A DNA stretch of 35,985 bases from an uncultured Ruminococcus sp. (lineage in GTDB: Bacteria; Bacillota; Clostridia; Oscillospirales; CAG-272), in contig CAZUJY010000002.1 of the NCBI GenBank assembly GCA_964620565.1, forward strand, positions 1 to 35,985, in the 5' to 3' direction. Below are positions 34,263-35,985 of the stretch, in pieces. Position 1 is the stretch's first letter. Each line of letters begins with the position of its first letter. The translations under genes were made by a program, and so were the position numbers. The notes under the pieces are model-generated. The model was not told the DNA's origin, did no database searches, and was given only the letters and a program-made list of their open reading frames with translations.

Positions 34263-35141
34263 TTAATTTTCTCCTTTCGGATTTTCTTCCTTCCCTTCCC
34301 CGTCAAGAAACTCTATGCGCTTGACAAGTCCGAGATATATAACGTTGTTGATAATGCTTTCAATAGTTGCCCTGCTGCCAAAGGGAAGCAGATTTACCGC
34401 CGCTTCGATCCTTTTACATTCGAGAAGCAGACCTGTCTTTATGCTCTGCTTGTTCTCCCTCGTAAGAGGCGCTCCGCCGTAGGCAATGACAAAGGGATTG
34501 TAGCTGCCGCTTTTTACATCCTTTTCATAATCCTCGGCAGCATCGGCGGCGTAGATAAACCGCCCCAGATGATTTCCCACCTCGTAGGGCACAAGGCGGT
34601 CGCTCTCCTCAAGGCCGTAGGCGAATATCTCACCCAGCAGCTCTCCGAAAAGGGCGGCGGGAGCATCAATACTGTCGCATTTCGCCTTCTCAAGAGCGGT
34701 TATCCTGTCAAGACGGTCCGCCACAAGCCTTTCAAGCTCGTCAAGGTCCGCCTTGCCGTTTGCCAGCGACACAATGGGACGAACCGCAGTAACGCCAAGC
34801 TTTTTTAGTCCGCTCTCATCGGAGAGATCATCCTTTAATTTATAATAGGTAAGAACCGCAAAGGCTCTGGCGGTGTATTCCAGCGCAGAGTTTTCCTTCA
34901 GCATCGAACGCTTCTTCGTAGGATGGGCAATGCACCGCCTCTGCTCGGCGGCAAAATCACCGTCGGGTATGTAAAGCATTCTGACAAGCGCAAGGAAAAC
35001 GCTGTCGTATGACAGGGTCACGTTTGACAGCGCGCCCGTATGCTTTTTCATAGATCGGCAGATGCCGCAATAGGTGGCCTTGTAAAACTCGTGCTCACGC
35101 ACCAGCATTTCGTTTACCACCGGTTTTACGTAACCGAACAT
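34263..35141 (-). CDS. DUF5685-like hypothetical protein
   Basis: The N-terminus MFGYVKPVVNEMLVREHEFYKATYCGICRSM matches my recollection of the DUF5685 family start (MFGYV.P....L...E...Y...YCG.C). The rest is helical. Confidence 0.55.
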   Translation of the reverse strand: MFGYVKPVVNEMLVREHEFYKATYCGICRSMKKHTGALSNVTLSYDSVFLALVRMLYIPDGDFAAEQRRCIAHPTKKRSMLKENSALEYTARAFAVLTYYKLKDDLSDESGLKKLGVTAVRPIVSLANGKADLDELERLVADRLDRITALEKAKCDSIDAPAALFGELLGEIFAYGLEESDRLVPYEVGNHLGRFIYAADAAEDYEKDVKSGSYNPFVIAYGGAPLTRENKQSIKTGLLLECKRIEAAVNLLPFGSRATIESIINNVIYLGLVKRIEFLDGEGKEENPKGEN

Positions 35142-35191
35142 AGCCCTCTCCTGTTTTTATAATCGTCCTATCGAACATATCACTTCATATT

Positions 35192-35222
35192 ATTATACCA
35201 CATTATTTTGGTCTTTTGTTAA
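35192..35222 (-). promoter_or_regulatory. Candidate promoter (extended -10) for the DUF5685-to-pgsA gene string
   Basis: On the minus strand: TGGTATAAT (35200-35192), with a weak TTAACA 19 nt upstream. Confidence 0.4.
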
Positions 35223-35312
35223 ATTTTAAGAAATTTTTGAAGAATTTTTTTCAAGAATAGTTGAATCAGTCGTTTAACAGGCTTTTTTATCAACTCTTTT
35301 TTCAAAAAGCCC

Positions 35313-35341
35313 TTGACAAACGAGGATAAAGTTGCTATAAT
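35313..35341 (+). promoter_or_regulatory. Consensus sigma-A promoter for tRNA-Ser
   Basis: TTGACA, 17-nt spacer, TATAAT. Confidence 0.7.
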
Positions 35342-35370
35342 GTTATGGCAAGTTAATAATGACTTCACAA

Positions 35371-35460
35371 GGAGATGTACTCAAGTGGTGAAGAGGCGCC
35401 CCTGCTAAGGGTGTAGGTCGAGCAATCGGCGCAAGAGTTCAAATCTCTTCATCTCCGCCA
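35371..35460 (+). tRNA. tRNA-Ser (anticodon GCU), long variable arm, encoded CCA
   Basis: Folded by hand. The acceptor stem is GGAGATG/CATCTCC. The anticodon stem is CGCCC/GGGTG with loop CTGCTAA. The variable arm is about 19 nt. The T-arm is AAGAG-TTCAAAT-CTCTT. The discriminator is G, followed by CCA. Confidence 0.93.
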
Positions 35461-35470
35461 ACGGAAAAGT

Positions 35471-35512
35471 CCTTGAAAATGCTGGTTTTATCAGTGTTTT
35501 CAAGGCTTTTTT
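35471..35512 (+). terminator. Intrinsic terminator after tRNA-Ser
   Basis: CCTTGAAAA ... TTTTCAAGG followed by CTTTTTT. Confidence 0.75.
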
Positions 35513-35602
35513 GTATAGTTGCACATTACATCATAATACATTATAAAGCATTATTCAACGCTAAGAATGATGTCAAAATGATGTCAACCTTTCCTTAATA
35601 AT

Positions 35603-35639
35603 ATAAAAGGCGGTAAAATTACCGCCTCTTTTTCTTTTT
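35603..35639. terminator. Hairpin terminator downstream of the truncated right-edge gene
   Basis: AGGCGGTA-AAAT-TACCGCCT with A/T tracts on both sides. Confidence 0.65.
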
Positions 35640-35985
35640 AATACCCAGAATACTTAAGCAACTCGGCTTTTTCCTCTTTCGTAAGATTCAATTTGCCGAT
35701 ATAAGATTTCACGGAAGCCTCTCCGTTGGTATTCTTATAGCCAAGGTATCCCATGATCATATATTTCTGCACAGCAGTAAGATTGAGCGACTGAATATAC
35801 TTTTCAATTTTCTTTTTCTTGCTGCCGGAAATACTGATGCCGTTCTTATTCTTGTCAGCCTCGATGCTCCTGCAGGTTGCAATGATAATGGCCAGCTTCT
35901 CCACGCTGATTGCCTCCGCAAACAGAACGTTCTTGCTTGCCTCCGTTCCACCTACAACGTCATCCATAGCGAGCTGATAATAGAT
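35638..35985 (-). CDS. C-terminal fragment of a larger unknown protein (gene continues beyond the right edge)
   Basis: The reading frame stays open to the window end (...IYYQLAMDDVVGGTEASKNVLF...SGSKKKKIEKYIQSLNLTAVQKYMIMGYLGYKNT...). The sequence is visibly more AT-rich than the rest of the window. Confidence 0.5.
   Translation of the reverse strand: MYYQLAMDDVVGGTEASKNVLFAEAISVEKLAIIIATCRSIEADKNKNGISISGSKKKKIEKYIQSLNLTAVQKYMIMGYLGYKNTNGEASVKSYIGKLNLTKEEKAELLKYSGY

Overview
36-kb chromosomal window from a Gram-positive, Clostridia-like genome. The taxonomic call is inference from spoVG, TTGACA/TATAAT promoters, hairpin plus U-tract terminators and the gene content. I support about 30 protein genes and one tRNA-Ser(GCU). 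There is no rRNA, CRISPR array, transposase or integrase. The backbone is housekeeping: truncated gdhA, a MOP-type flippase, a TIGR01212-type radical SAM gene, an OmpR/HisKA two-component pair, a cysteine-desulfidase-family gene, mgtE, murC-DUF523, spoVG, pgk-tpiA, tldD-pmbA and rimO-pgsA. Several things are not explained by that backbone. (1) The candidate I would rank first is a divergent TetR regulator plus an MMPL exporter whose stop overlaps the start of a 1,444-aa signal-peptide/TM-anchored protein; that protein has GGIAG (GLUG-like) repeat blocks flanking a ~650-aa acidic helical spacer with LxxG heptads. (2) A ~225-nt transcription unit with a consensus promoter, four nested helices and a UUCG-loop terminator looks like an unannotated structured RNA, upstream of a 78-aa coiled-coil ORF. 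(3) The ~175-nt mgtE leader has a terminator-like hairpin but no recognisable M-box core. (4) A 54-nt-period tandem duplication carrying 2 x 5 AAATTNN heptamers lies in the spoVG 3' region. (5) A ~100-nt extended hairpin sits between pgk and tpiA. (6) A GH39 homologue has its acid/base Glu replaced (NEP to SAP). (7) A 492-aa protein carries 17 uninterrupted Gln-register heptads. (8) A translationally coupled DUF5685-like / J-domain (8-Cys tail) / membrane-protein trio lies upstream of rimO-pgsA. (9) The sequence after tRNA-Ser is more AT-rich and may be the edge of an integrated element. All family assignments come from reading motifs by eye; no database search was run.
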